Positions 24,622-37,299 of a DNA stretch of 39,913 nt are shown piece after piece. The notes beneath the pieces are model-generated. The model ran no database searches. It worked only from the letters and a program-made list of their open reading frames with translations, and was not told where the DNA came from. Origin of the DNA: Welwitschia mirabilis (lineage: Eukaryota); the NCBI GenBank assembly GCA_051453625.1, contig JBOZIK010000001.1, positions 26,920,619 to 26,960,531 of the forward strand, read 5' to 3'. A program made the translations under genes and the position numbers. How positions within the stretch are numbered: position 1 is the first letter of the stretch; each line of letters opens with the position of its first letter.

Positions 24622-26400
24622 ATAACAAAATGAAATCCATAATATACATTTCTGCTTCCAAAACACATGATTTTAGTTTTTTTTTAATATTTATTCTTAA
24701 ACACAAATAATTATAAAATTCATCCCAAGTATGAAGAATCTCATTCATACCTCTTTTATATGCAAAAATCAATGTGGTATCTTTTCTATAAAGAAGGATA
24801 TTTACTAGCAAATTAGCTATCTTAAAAAAGTGATTTGTGGTCATACCATATATTCATTCTTCCAATTTATTAGTAAAATAATCAAATAAAATAGTAGAAA
24901 GAGGACATCCTTGTTTTAGTATAATTCTTCTTAAAATATCAAGTAACATTTTTAAATCTAATGATAATGTTTTTCCATAATTTTTGAATGCTAGAAAAAT
25001 ATTTATAGACACATCTATACTAAATAGATAATATCATACTCTACATTAATTTACTAAATAAAAATAATCCTTTAAGAAATTAAAATCATAAATGAAATTT
25101 TTATTTCTAGTTTTCTTCATAGAATCCAAGCAGTAAGGAAGAATGACTAAGTTATTAATGGTACAATGATTTTGCTGAAAGCCTACATATGAAATGACTC
25201 TTATTTTATTTTTCTCTACTCACTTGCAAACTCTTCTTTTCAATGTAGTTCAAGATTACAAATGATAATGAGTTTATAATTATTTAGACCTACTCTATTA
25301 AATTTTTTAACTAGAATCATCTAAACCTTCAAAAAAACTCTTATTTATTTTGTTCTATGTTAATTCATAGATAAACCTTTCTCCTTATTTTAAAAAATCT
25401 AAATAAAGAACAAATCTATCCATTGATTTGGGAGTATTGAGTTTTTAAATATCTATCACAATGTTATCAAATGTTATCTATATGCTCAAACATAAAAATA
25501 TCTTATAATTTTTTATTTCTTTAGATTTAAAAATATTTTTAAAGGATTATTTAGTTTACTTAAAGGAAAATTTAAGTTGCATTTTCTTATGATTCTATAA
25601 TAACCTATATTTCATTTATTTTTAATCATTTAAATAAATTAAACTTATTATTCTTTTATAGGTACATATTTCTTATTTTAGTTTAACATCTTATAAGCTT
25701 TTATTATTATCTCTTTTTATTCATACATTTTCTTGTGTATCCCTAATATAGCAATTTTGATATTATTTATCAGGTTATTTTTTATTGATCTCTTTTCTTG
25801 ATGTCTAGCCACTTATTTAAAAACTTATAGGAGACTTTAAAAATATATTCATTATTACTTTGATTATTCATTACAAATCTTTTCAATGTTATTTGATTTC
25901 TTGAAGAATCTTAAAATTTTTAACTTTGTAAATCTTTAAGATATTTTTAATACTAAAACCTCATATTTGATATAATGCATCATAAACTTTAAATTTATAA
26001 ATGTAACATTTGATACTTTAATTTTTCTTGATGTCCTATAAAAGGAAACAAGTCTAACTTTGAAAAAGTTTTCATACCATTAAGGATAAGAAGATCCTTA
26101 CACTACTGTAATAGAAGAAACATTTTTTTTCTCTTTAATTAAAATATTAATCTTGTAAAAATCATTCTTAATGTTCACTAATATAATCATCTCCTTAATA
26201 ATTACCTTTTGAACAAAGTCAAAAAAAATGTTTAAAATGAGGAGATCATGCTTTGAGCCTTCATAAAAATAAATATGTACTTAACATGATAATTCAAATT
26301 AGGTAAAGAAAATTAATTATAAAAATTCTAAATTATAGCATAAAGAAATCTCTTAGATCGAACTTCATATATGGTGGAAGCACAAGAGTATTAAATCAAT
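24620..26400 (-). mobile_element. Degenerate LINE reverse-transcriptase remnant, not of the plant L1 type (RTE/L2/CR1-like motifs)
   Basis: Minus strand reads NNYKLI (NYRPI-like, ~25270-25290), VGFQQNHCT (~25160-25187), RIILKQGCPLSTILFDYFTNKLEE (~24857-24928) and ILLYRKDTTLI...LRINIKK (LLYADD...L.VN..KTK-like, ORF 24620-24844). The extension beyond ~25500 is weak. Confidence 0.72.
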
Positions 26401-26869
26401 AGAACACTTGACACGAATTCATACAGAAAGATTAACATTACCTTATTGAACTATCACTTTTCATGATAAAATAACTATTTATCTTAAGTAATATTAAAGT
26501 AATTAAACATACATGACATAAAATAATCATGAAAAGTTACATGTGTAAAAGCAAAATTTTACAAGTTGTGAAAAGGGAAATACATTTAAATAATAAGAAG
26601 TAATATTTCATAAACATTCAGAAGATTCTAAAGATCATTTATAATTCATATGAATAAGTAAACGACTTTAAATGTCAAATTTTCTTAAGTCATTTTCATA
26701 TGTAAAAATAATTTTTCTTGAAAAGTTGGCTACTTGAATTCATATTAAATGAATGTAATTAGGTAAATCAAATATTATATTCCATTCTATGTAAAATATA
26801 CATCAATTTAAAATTAAAATATAACATGGGTAAAGCTAGATTCTTCAAATTGACTGGGTAAACTATTTG

Positions 26870-29000
26870 ATCATAACAAGATTTTCACTAAATTGCAATA
26901 CATTTGAATTGAAAGATAACCCTTTACTAAGCACAAAATAAATTATAAAATCATTAAAACATCAACATCAGGTTTAAATCAATAGTAAATTGATAAAAAC
27001 CAACATAGGAATTTTCATTAAATCAAAGTAACAGCTAGTTAAATTCGAGTTGTTTTGACCGATACAAAGACAAAAAATGAAGAAGACAAAGAAAAGGGAG
27101 AGAGAAAATCCAAACGAATAGACTTACAGGATCTCTAAACCCTAGAAATATAGAAAATATGTGATAAAGAAATTTTATAAAATTAAATATTTAAGATTAA
27201 GTAGAATCGATTGCAATAAATAAAAAATAGTTCATCTAGAAAAACTACAAAAAATTACAGTCAATTTTACTTTGATCAAGAGTATTAAGAAAAATACAAA
27301 ACTTGAGAAAATCTAGATTTCATATTTATAAAGTACTCCAAATTTGCTATAAGACAAAATACTAGAGTTCTAAAAACACATTAAACTAATTGAGAATGTA
27401 CTGTGCAAAATCATAAAAATTAAAATTTGACTATTTAAAAATTTATCTAAGTAAAACTGCTACTAAGATTGCAAATGGCTAAAAAAGGGGTTTTAAAGGC
27501 TAAATTTGGATTTTGACACTTTATGAAATAAAGTTTCTGAATTATTAGAGCAACCTATTAACAAACATTCAGAACCATTAAAGTTATAAAGAAATGTTAT
27601 GATCAAAATAAGCACTGAAATTGACGAATCTACTTTGATTTTTAGAATAACAGATAGGAAATAAAATAATTCATGTAAAAATGAAAAATTTTAATTTTAG
27701 AAAAACATAAATAACATATTTAAAAATCCATCTACTACTATTGAAAAGGAAATTGCCTTAGCAAAAAGTTGGAATCATGAGAAATTTACTAGAAAATGAA
27801 AAGAATGACGGAAAGAAGAGAGAAGAAGGAAATAATATATGATTTATTTTAATAAGAAGTAACCAAACATGTAAAAACATAGATTTCTATGAAATGTACT
27901 AATTGTTCTATAAGCTAATTAGCACTATTTATCTATAAACTATAAAAATTATAATTACATTAAAAGAATCATGATATAAATGCATAAATCAACTCATTAA
28001 AAGCATGAAAAATATAAAGAAAAGGAACACTTACTGATTTTGATCTAATAGCTTATAAGACTTAATGCTTTCTCTTCCTCCTACAACACCTTATCACATG
28101 CACTTCACCATCCCTACAATGCCCTTCGGATGGATGAAAATGGGAGAAAAGATGATGTAAAATGAAATATAAAAGCATTTAGGAGGCTTAAAAAGGTTTT
28201 AGATGATAGAAAATGATGAGAATGAGGAGTAAAAAATGTTTTCAAAGTTGACATAGAGAGAAGATCAATTTGGAAATGAAGAAAAATGAGAGAGAAATGA
28301 TAAAAAATATCCTTCCAAGGCTTTAGAATGACATAATGATATACAATGATGTGACATTGGTATGGACACTGAGGGAAATATTTATAGGTACTTTAGGAAC
28401 AGTTGCAGGCTGAGGAGTTGTTAAAACCACCACAAATTCGCATGTGATTCATGTGTCATTTTGCAAAACTGTCACATGATGCTATAGTGCCGTTTTAATC
28501 ATTCATACTGTAGCATCACAAGTAGTTTCATACATAACAAACCAAAAGTCCAAAAATAAAACTTAATTTAATCATGGCCTTTAAGGCTTACAAGACATCA
28601 GTTTATTAATTTTGATTAGAAAATGATTAGGAATAAATAGATTATGATTCTTAGAATGTAATTTTCTAGGATACTAATGTCTTGAAGGATTTGATGTCAT
28701 CCATGATCATGCATTCGATGTCAAAGTAAGTCAAAATGATTACATCAGCAAGAATATGATATATGATAATGAAAAGGGACTATGAATCATCTATAGAACT
28801 TTTATGTTGAAGTAGTCGTCTATGATCTACATTTACACCCTTAATCTTGATCTCCCCATTGCAAGCATTAATGAACAGATTTGAACTAGATCATAATACA
28901 TTGTTTTGAGCTCATTGGATGTTCNNNNNNNNNNAAAGTATAAAAATGCATCTAAATGCAATATTAAAGTTTCAAAAGTAATGTAAAATATTAAGTATCA
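26870..29000 (-). mobile_element. LTR-like non-coding retroelement remnant (family unresolved)
   Basis: Minus strand starts TGATACTTAATATTTTACATTACTTTTG at 29000, typical of a Gypsy LTR start. A CCTATAAATA TATA box (~28379-28388) is followed by a pyrimidine-rich leader. The left boundary is not defined. Confidence 0.4.
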
Positions 29001-29074
29001 ATAATTTATTTTGTGCAAAATTTAGGCTTCATTACCTTTCCTCCATTTCAACATATGAACCTACCTTTTACTAC

Positions 29075-29285
29075 TTCTTCTTTTTTTTTCCTTTTTTCTT
29101 TAAGGGAATTTTAGGTAGATAGTATGCATTGCATAATGCTTTATAACACTAAGGCTTATACAAAATTACAATGATAGAGACCTACAAATAGCATTTCATT
29201 AGTCCCCTTACCTCTATAGGGATTTGAACTTAGGACATTGGGTTCTTATGTCCCTCAATCTTACCAATAAGATAAGCTGCCTTTG
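29075..29285 (-). mobile_element. tRNA-derived SINE, degenerate
   Basis: Minus strand has an A-box-like TATCTTATTGGTAAG (29260-29274), a B-box-like AAGTTCAAATCCC (29219-29231) ~30 nt later, a ~120-nt body and an A-rich tail (T-rich 29075-29101 on +). Confidence 0.6.
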
Positions 29286-29949
29286 ATACATTTTGATAAT
29301 TATTTCTTTGAAATGTTGTGTTAAAATTAACAAAGAGGAGGATCATCATATATAGTTCAAAATAATAAAAATCTAAATAAAATTCTATAAGAAATGAGAT
29401 AATTTTAAGCCAAATAAATTGTTTATTCTTAGTAACAATAATAATTTCAGTGAAATTTTTTGATACTATTTATAATAATGTGAGTTATTTTACCAAAATA
29501 TCTACCTCTTCTACTTTCTTTATGGTTAAAAATAGAAAACCTAAAAAAAATTAAAATATAAAATTCTTCTAAATATTAATATTTTCTTATTTTAATGAAA
29601 CCAAAGAGATCATAATCATAAAAAAAAAGGAAAAAGATCTAATAGTGTCTAAAGTTCTTAGCTTATTTACAAAGCTACAATTAATAGTAAGGAAGCCATA
29701 CTACAAGACTTTTACACAATTTTTAGAATTTTATTTTCTCTAATCACTACTATATTTTTTCTATTTAAAATGCAAATTTTCCTTTTTCTTTGGAAATCTT
29801 TACATTTTTCTCTTCTTCTTCTTCTTCTTTTTGCTAAATTTCATTTTATGAGATCTTTAGTAGTCCATGTTTTTTTAACCTTTGCAGTTACTTCGATGAA
29901 TCCATACATAGTTTTAAACTTGGAAATGTTAAGACCTAAAAATAATATG

Positions 29950-30720
29950 CTAAGGTTTTAAACCTTTTCATTCCATTCGATATGTCATTATAATTGGTTG
30001 ATCTAGAATGCACATCTTATTTTGAAAGAATTCTAACATTGTTATGGATACATGTTTTTTTAAATTTTTTATAATTCCCATAATCTAAAACTTAAGAGCC
30101 TTTTCCTTTTTCTCTTATTATTCTCTTTCTCCTAAAAAGCATCATAGATCAATATCTTTCTATCATATTTTTCTTGATGTTCAAACATTTTTTCTTTTAA
30201 TCCAATGTAGCAAGTTTTTATTAGATGTTATCTTCCAAAGATCGAACCTTATCCATGTCTTATTTATGAAGAGTTTCATTATTTAAAGATAAATTTGCCA
30301 CTGAATATCCCAAAAGCTTAAGTATTATAGCATAGTTTTAATTTTCATTTTGGTTTTAGAATAGAAATAATCTTCACTTGTGTTTTTAATGAACATTTAG
30401 AATGACAGTGTTTTTCCTTCCTAAGTAGACTCATATATTTTTAATAAAATTATGTGTAATTCCTTTCTCTATCATGCATTCAAAACATTTAAAGATGAGT
30501 CACTTATACTACCTTGATGCTTCAATTTCATGTAGGTTTATTCTTTTAGGTTTTTGGATCTTGAGATTCATTATGAAAAAGCCTTTTCATTTAGGTATAG
30601 AAAACATCATTAAGCCTAAACTCATATAGTTACATCCTAATGGGTTTTCACAACCTTCATAACCATCAAAGAGCAATCAGATCAAAGTCTGATTTAAGTG
30701 ATTTTTTAATTATCATTAAG
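29950..30720 (-). pseudogene. Possible highly decayed Copia RT fragment
   Basis: Minus strand GCENPLGCN (~30630-30656; cf. GCKPLGCKW) and LEHQEKY-like (~30166-30186). Only two short motifs. Confidence 0.3.
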
Positions 30721-32274
30721 CAAGAAGTGAAAAATGGTAACAAAAATCTTACCACTTTTAACAAGGATAGTATATTATAAAGTAAAATAATCCTTATATT
30801 TTATTTTTTTAAAAAATATTTTATAAAGTAAATAAATTAATGTTATTATATTTAAAAAACAATATCTTTTTAATCTTATTTTATAATAAATTCTAATTCT
30901 TATACTTTATTTATTTTATATTTTAAAAAATCATTATGTTTCTTATTAAAATAAATTATATCTTAATAAATAATTCTAATTTTTATTATACATATTTTAG
31001 TAATACTCTTTAATTTGATAAGACAAAACAAATGAATGATTTTCTTAAAATAAGACTTATAACATGAATGGTATAAAAGATTTAATGTATAGTTTATGAG
31101 TTATAGGTTACATACTTTAACAATTAAATTATTTTATGACTTAGAAACTTTTAGTAATGTTTTATGAAAGAGATGCTTTAATAATCCTTAATAGAGTTAG
31201 AAAGATTTACTAGGTGTTATAATGTTTATCATAGAAGAACTAGATTCAACATAAAAAGGAAAAACCTTTGTTTAAGAAGCATGCATATCTTATAATGATA
31301 ATGGAATATAAATATTAGTTCTAAGTATTCTTCATTATTTAATATTTATCTCAACTAATTTATTAAGAAATACCATTTTGTTGACTCATTTTCCTTACTT
31401 TTAACTAGCCATGTAAAAGTATTGACTCAAGATAGTTCTACTATATCAATATCACTTTGTTGCTTGTATTTTTTTCCTTTTTTTTTCTTTTTTGTTTCTA
31501 TTTTTTCCCTTTTTACCTTTGAGATTGATCCTTTTAAGCTTTATAGATAAGTATAAGAAGAATGAATTTAAAAATTAAATAGAAATCTCTATTAAAATAT
31601 CTTTCGTTTTCTATCTCTAAGCTTATCCTCATATCAAATCTTATCTAGTATATCAAATATTTTTCTAGAATTAGAATATCTTAAAACATCAATTCCTCTC
31701 CTAGGAAATAGACTTTTATTAATATTTAACCTTACTTCTTAGCAAGAAATATATATTTGGCATCAAACCCTAATGTATGACATTACTGCATTACATCCAA
31801 AATGGAACTACATATAAAATTTGATGGCAACATGTCATACAACACATGTGATATTTTATATTTGATAGCTTAATATATCATGTCATGTATCATGCTAAGG
31901 AATGTAATGTTTGATGTTTGACATTAGGGCATATTATGAAAGGCTTATCATGTGTAACATTTAACATCACACATATGACATTTTGATGCATGAATCCTAT
32001 GAAGATATGGAAATGAATTTTTTTTAGTTAAAAATTAATGTTTTATAACTATTCTTAGTCAATTTTTTTATTATTCATTCTTTTGTAATCTTTTAAATAC
32101 ACTCAGGATCTATTGACAAGAGATCTAGACCTTAGTAATCAATATTTGTTTCATAGATCCTTCATAAATGCTATAAATAAGTGGGGTTCCAAATCTTAAA
32201 AACCTTATATTTGTAATAAAGATAATAATAAAAAAACATTATTACTATATATCTCTAAAAGATTTCTCTTGATA

Positions 32275-32544
32275 GTTTGATACCATGTTGGATACCAAGT
32301 TAACCTATAATGGTAAAAATAAGAGAAAATAAAAAGACACATGAAATATTGAAGATAGAAATAAGTCATTATTTCTATTGCATAATAGAACCAATTCACA
32401 ATTAATAATTACATAATTACAATTACACATCTATATTTGTAAGCTTACCTTATAACATGTGGTTTAGTTTTTACATTCATTAATAAAAACATATAACTTT
32501 ATTAAGTTATAACCATACTCACTAAAGTTAAAGGTCATCAAACA
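32275..32544 (-). mobile_element. Short Copia-type LTR (32286-32544) with adjacent tRNA-Met PBS (32275-32285)
   Basis: The + strand reads GTTTGATACCA|TGTTGG...CAAACA, i.e. minus-strand TGTTTG...CCAACA|TGGTATCAAAC. An internal TATA-like element is followed by TGTAATTGTAATTATGTAAT on the minus strand. Confidence 0.6.
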
Positions 32545-34099
32545 TCATAGAAAGACATCCTTGCTTATTTCAAAATAAAAATAAATGATACTAACATGAA
32601 ATTTTTATTTAAATAATTCTTTCATATTGAGAAATAAGTAGAACAAGTAACATTTAATTCTATAATAGATATGCTTTATCTAAAGTTTGACTAATTAAAT
32701 ATGTGAAAAATGTAAGATATAGTAATAATCATCATCTAGATTCTTTGAAATATTAGATTTTACATAAAGCACAATATAGTAAGGACACAAGACGAATAAA
32801 ATAAATTAATTATGAAATTTGGATATTTATAACTCTATATGGTATGGTCTTATTATTTAAATTTAAAAAACTTCTGTTCCTTAAAAAATGCAAGTTTTAG
32901 CATCATGTCTAAATCTAGAAACATTCTCTTAATTATTACTCATCAATCTCTTGTTTTCCACTCATTTCAATAATGCAATTTTTATAGATTGCATACACTT
33001 ATAGTGTAAAATTTTCTTTCAACTTGGAACTAGTTTAAAGTTGTTATGGAAGGGGGCGGCAGAGGGGAGGGGAAGTCTATGTGAAAACAATTAGCCTTGA
33101 TAAAACTAAAGATTTATAAGAGTGAATTAAGTAATATATATGAGAAACTATTGAAGATTTTGGAATGAGAGCATACTATCTTAGAAAATAAATTATCATC
33201 TCTTTTTTTCTAGTTTTCTTATTTACAAAATTTATGTAATCTATGCCTATAGTATGAGATAAAATTCTCTACCAAAACACTTGCTTATTATGTGACGTAT
33301 GTAATTGAAAAAGAAATGTCTTTGACCTTGTTTTTTTTCTCTTTTATATTTTAATTAATAAATAATTTTATTTTTTGAAAAAAATGATTTAAGAATAATA
33401 AGATTAGGGTTCCTTTGGTATAATATGATATAAAAATTAACTAGTTAATTACAATGACTTAGATGCCTTTCCAATAACATAAAGGAAATGATCCATCACT
33501 TTAATGAGTTATCTTGATTAATTTCCACTAGTTAGAAATCTTCTATCACATTATGATAATAAGCCTATCAAGGGATTATCGTATGAGTTTAACACAACTA
33601 TTATCTTAATGTTATATACAAACATATAAGCGATGATTCTTCATAATATGCATATTTTAAGAAATATCTAAGATAAAAAGCCTTTAGATAAGGATTATGA
33701 TTTTCGCATGAAAATAAAGAACCTTTCATCAACCTCTAATGTCCTAGATGGAGTTGAAGATTCTATTCATTTATATGCCATTAGTAATAGGATTAATATA
33801 TATAACAAATCTATCTTAGTAAAATTAAGACGTCTTAGTATGAGATGTTTAGCAAATAGGAATATAAGTAATTCTTTGTTTGATGGAAGTAAGGGGTAAT
33901 TAAATATAGAACTTTTTTCCCCTATTGAGGAAAGAGTAATTATACTAAGAATGAGAATCAGAATATTACAATCAATTCAGATTATTAACCTTTTCAAACA
34001 TAAATGCCTATTTGTCCAATCATTATGATTACAATGTAACTCAATATGTTAGTTTAACTCAAAACAATAGGTTTTATTAGCTAAATAATTCCAACTAGA

Positions 34100-36560
34100 G
34101 AGAAAGAAGAATAAAGAGTGAGAAACTGCATTACAATTTGGTAACTTATTTTCAAAGGAACAATTATTTCTATGCTTTCATATTGCCCACCATGCCAAAA
34201 CTAATTTAGATCTTTTTTATTTGTCCACTGTGAAAAAATCTTCTAGTAAATCAATCAATGGTATTTGACACTTCTGAAAACACTTTTTTGCAGATGAGCA
34301 ATGTAAAAATAGATGACTAACATCCTTTTTCTTCACATAAGAAGTAATCTTGGTTAATTATAAAGCCTTTTTGCTAAAGCTTAATATTTATGGGTAGTTT
34401 TTTTTTGTGAGAAGAAGATAAGAAAATACCTTAACTTTTTCTGGGATATGTAAGTTCTAGATCTTTTCCCACATTGTATCTAGTTCAAAATTTTCCTCAT
34501 ATATTTTATTTGTTGAGATTATTTCATTCTTCATTGGTACATTATCTATATTAATATTTTGATTGGTTAAGACTAGCCAAAATTGCATGACCACCTTACA
34601 CATGGCTTTCCATGTTAGTGATCCTTCTTGTAAATTTCTATTATTTTTTCCCTCTACAAAACTTTATCCATGGAATTTCAGATTCAAGATGATACTTACC
34701 AACCATTTTGATGAGCATTGTCTAATTAAGATCCTTCATAGTTTTTAGTTACAAGCCACTTGCTAAATTGGGAATAGCAATTTTTTCAAATTTAGTAAGA
34801 TACAAACACTATTTTCCTTTACCTTCAGACCATACAAATGTTTTGAATAACTTTGTCAATGATTTTTACAACTTTTGTGGGCATTGACATGCAAGAGGTT
34901 GAGTGTATGGGCATTGATGTAAGGCAAACTTTAGCCAAAATAATCTTTCTTGTGCTATTAAGAAAGTGATTTTGCCATTTTGACATTTTATTACATACCT
35001 CTTTGATAGTATCCACTTGTAACTTTACCTAAGATTGATCATAGGAGAATGGTACATCCAAATATTTGTCCAGTAACTTTTCTTTTATGTAGTTTAAAAC
35101 CTACCAAATATTTATCTTCTAGTATGTGGAAAATTGATAGAGAACATTTTAGATTTCTCCAAGTTAATTGATAGATAGGTGCTAGAGGAGAATTATAAGA
35201 GTGTGTTTTTGACTTTGTGTGCAACCAATATATTTGAATCTAAACATAATAATGTATCATTTGATAATTGGACTAAAGAGATCCTTAAAGCACTTGGAGA
35301 TGCTTTGATTAAATTTCTCTAGATCAAATGGACAAGAGTACCTATTACCATAATAAAAAGAAGAGGGGAGAGGGGTCTCCTTATTTTAGGCCTACTTTTG
35401 GCTAAAATTACTCAAATTTTCTACCATTATTAATTATAAAAAAATGAATAGCTATAAAAGTAAATTATAGAAAGGAAATAAATCTCTTAAGAAATCCCTT
35501 AAATTAAAGAATATGGATAAGAGTTGGTCATTGGATTAAATCTAAGGATTTAATCATATCTAATTTAAAGAACATTATTGCTTGCTTCTCCTTGAAGTTT
35601 TATCGAATAATTTCATTTGCTAATAAGATACTGTGATGTATAAAACTTTCTTTTACAAAACCTATTTGTGATGATGAGATAATATCTCAGAGAATGGTGG
35701 CTAGTCTTTTTGCCCAAATTTTGGAGATAATTTTATATGAAACATTACATAAACTTAGGGGCTTGTAATCTTGAACTTGAACTGCATTTTCCTTTTTTAG
35801 GATGAGATAGATAAATGTGTCACTTATTGGAATAAAGTACTTACCTTTTTAAAATAGAGTAATGTAAGTTTTTTCGATAATACTCTAGTAAATTTCATAG
35901 AATTCTACAAGAAACATTTTGGATCTAGGGCCTTATTGTTGCTTATGTCTTTAATTGCATTCCAAATCTCCTCCTCTGAGAATGCTTCCTCTATTAATTT
36001 TTTATGAGCATAAGAAATTTTTTATCCTATAGGAATTCATTTAATATCAACTATATTTGAGTTAAATATTTTAGAAAAATATTGTTTGAATTGTTGTGCA
36101 TATTTCTTGTTTCTTTTATGTTGTGTTTTAGCTTCCCTTTGATGGTTTAGACTGATCTCATTCGCTATTTTATGACTATTAGCTACTTGAAAAAAGTTGC
36201 GAGTATTCTTGTCTTCCTTTCTTAACCATTTGTTTCTTGATCTATGTTTCCCGTATAATTCTTCTTTCAATTCCAGATTGTGAAGTTCTATAAGAAGATG
36301 TTTTTCTTCAAGAGTGATGATTCCTCTATACTCATTTTGATTTTACAGCTTTGTCAATTTAGATTATTTTTATTTTTTTAATGATTTTAAATCATGTCTG
36401 CAAATATCTACGCTAGTATTTCAAGCTGTGCATTAATAAAGTCAATTTTTTATTAAAAATGTAAGAAGCAGTGCTTGCTATTTTAGTTTGCCAAATTAAT
36501 TTAATAACATCTAATATCTTTAGTTCATTTAACCAAGTCACTTCAAATCTAAATATTTTA
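34100..36560 (-). pseudogene. L1-clade LINE ORF2 pseudogene (RT and zf-RVT; endonuclease not recognisable)
   Basis: Minus strand FRFEVTWL (~36530-36553), WLRKEDKNTRNFFQVA, DYKPLSLCNVSYKIISKIWAKRL (~35701-35769), GLK*GDP-LSPLLF (~35356-35393), WQNHFLNSTRKIILAKVCLTSMP, IPEKVKVF (~34424) and SHLFLHCS (~34295). A possible RNase H-like extension runs to ~33400. Confidence 0.88.
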
Positions 36561-37299
36561 CTTTTCTAAATAAATATATAAAAATTTTATTTATAAGGAC
36601 ATAATTATAATATTAATAGCTAAACTCTAGTCAAAATCTAGATGAAAAAACCTTTTGATTTCATTAATAACTTGGTTTATTAACATGTAATAAGGTCACT
36701 ATAATAATCTGGTTATGTAATCTTAAGGTTTAATTTTTACTTAAAAATTCCATTTAACATATTTTGTCCCAAAAAAGTGCCTATTATCCTAATCATTATA
36801 AGCGCAACATGTAAAATTTCACTCACTTGCATTAGTATTAACAACTCATACATCATAAGGAATGACACTATTTAAGGCATGCCTAAACAGTATATCAAAG
36901 TACATAACATGATTAAATTTGTTATAGTTTTAAGGGCCATATCACTTAAAATATTGATTAGTTATGTTGTATTTTCAATGTAGAAGTATAGAAAAAATTT
37001 GATGTAATGCACCTTGAAAAAAAGAATTTCAAAAGAGTAGCATTTTATAGGTCTAGAAAATTATAAGTAAATGTTTAATATTTGCTTACATTTAAGTATA
37101 ATAATAATCCTATTTATTTTTGGAATTAATTTCATATGAATAGATTATAGATGTTCACATTTTGCATTAGAATAATTAGAATAATGAAATTGCATTGATT
37201 AACATGTAGTTGTATATCGACATTGATTTTTCATTCTTTATGAATGCATATGTTTTTTGAGAAAATAAATATTATGATTTTTTTTGGAAGATGTTTATT

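Noticed and set aside
23743..24710. 300+ aa ORFs with ER/LS dipeptide repeats
   Set aside because: Translation of (AG)n plus the N gap.
29215..29285. Possible tRNA gene
   Set aside because: No cloverleaf or acceptor stem could be folded. The boxes are degenerate and followed by a body and A-tail, so a SINE fits better.
30775..31050. Extremely AT-rich block, possible MITE or matrix-attachment region
   Set aside because: No terminal inverted repeats or TSD could be identified; low complexity.
33048..33075. G-rich island GGAAGGGGGCGGCAGAGGGGAGGGGAAG (G-quadruplex or PPT)
   Set aside because: Only three tracts of 3 or more G, and no adjacent LTR start or other context.
33708..33899. + strand ORF ending LFDGSKG (RNase H-like FDGS)
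   Set aside because: A single short motif, opposite in strand to the adjacent L1; likely chance.
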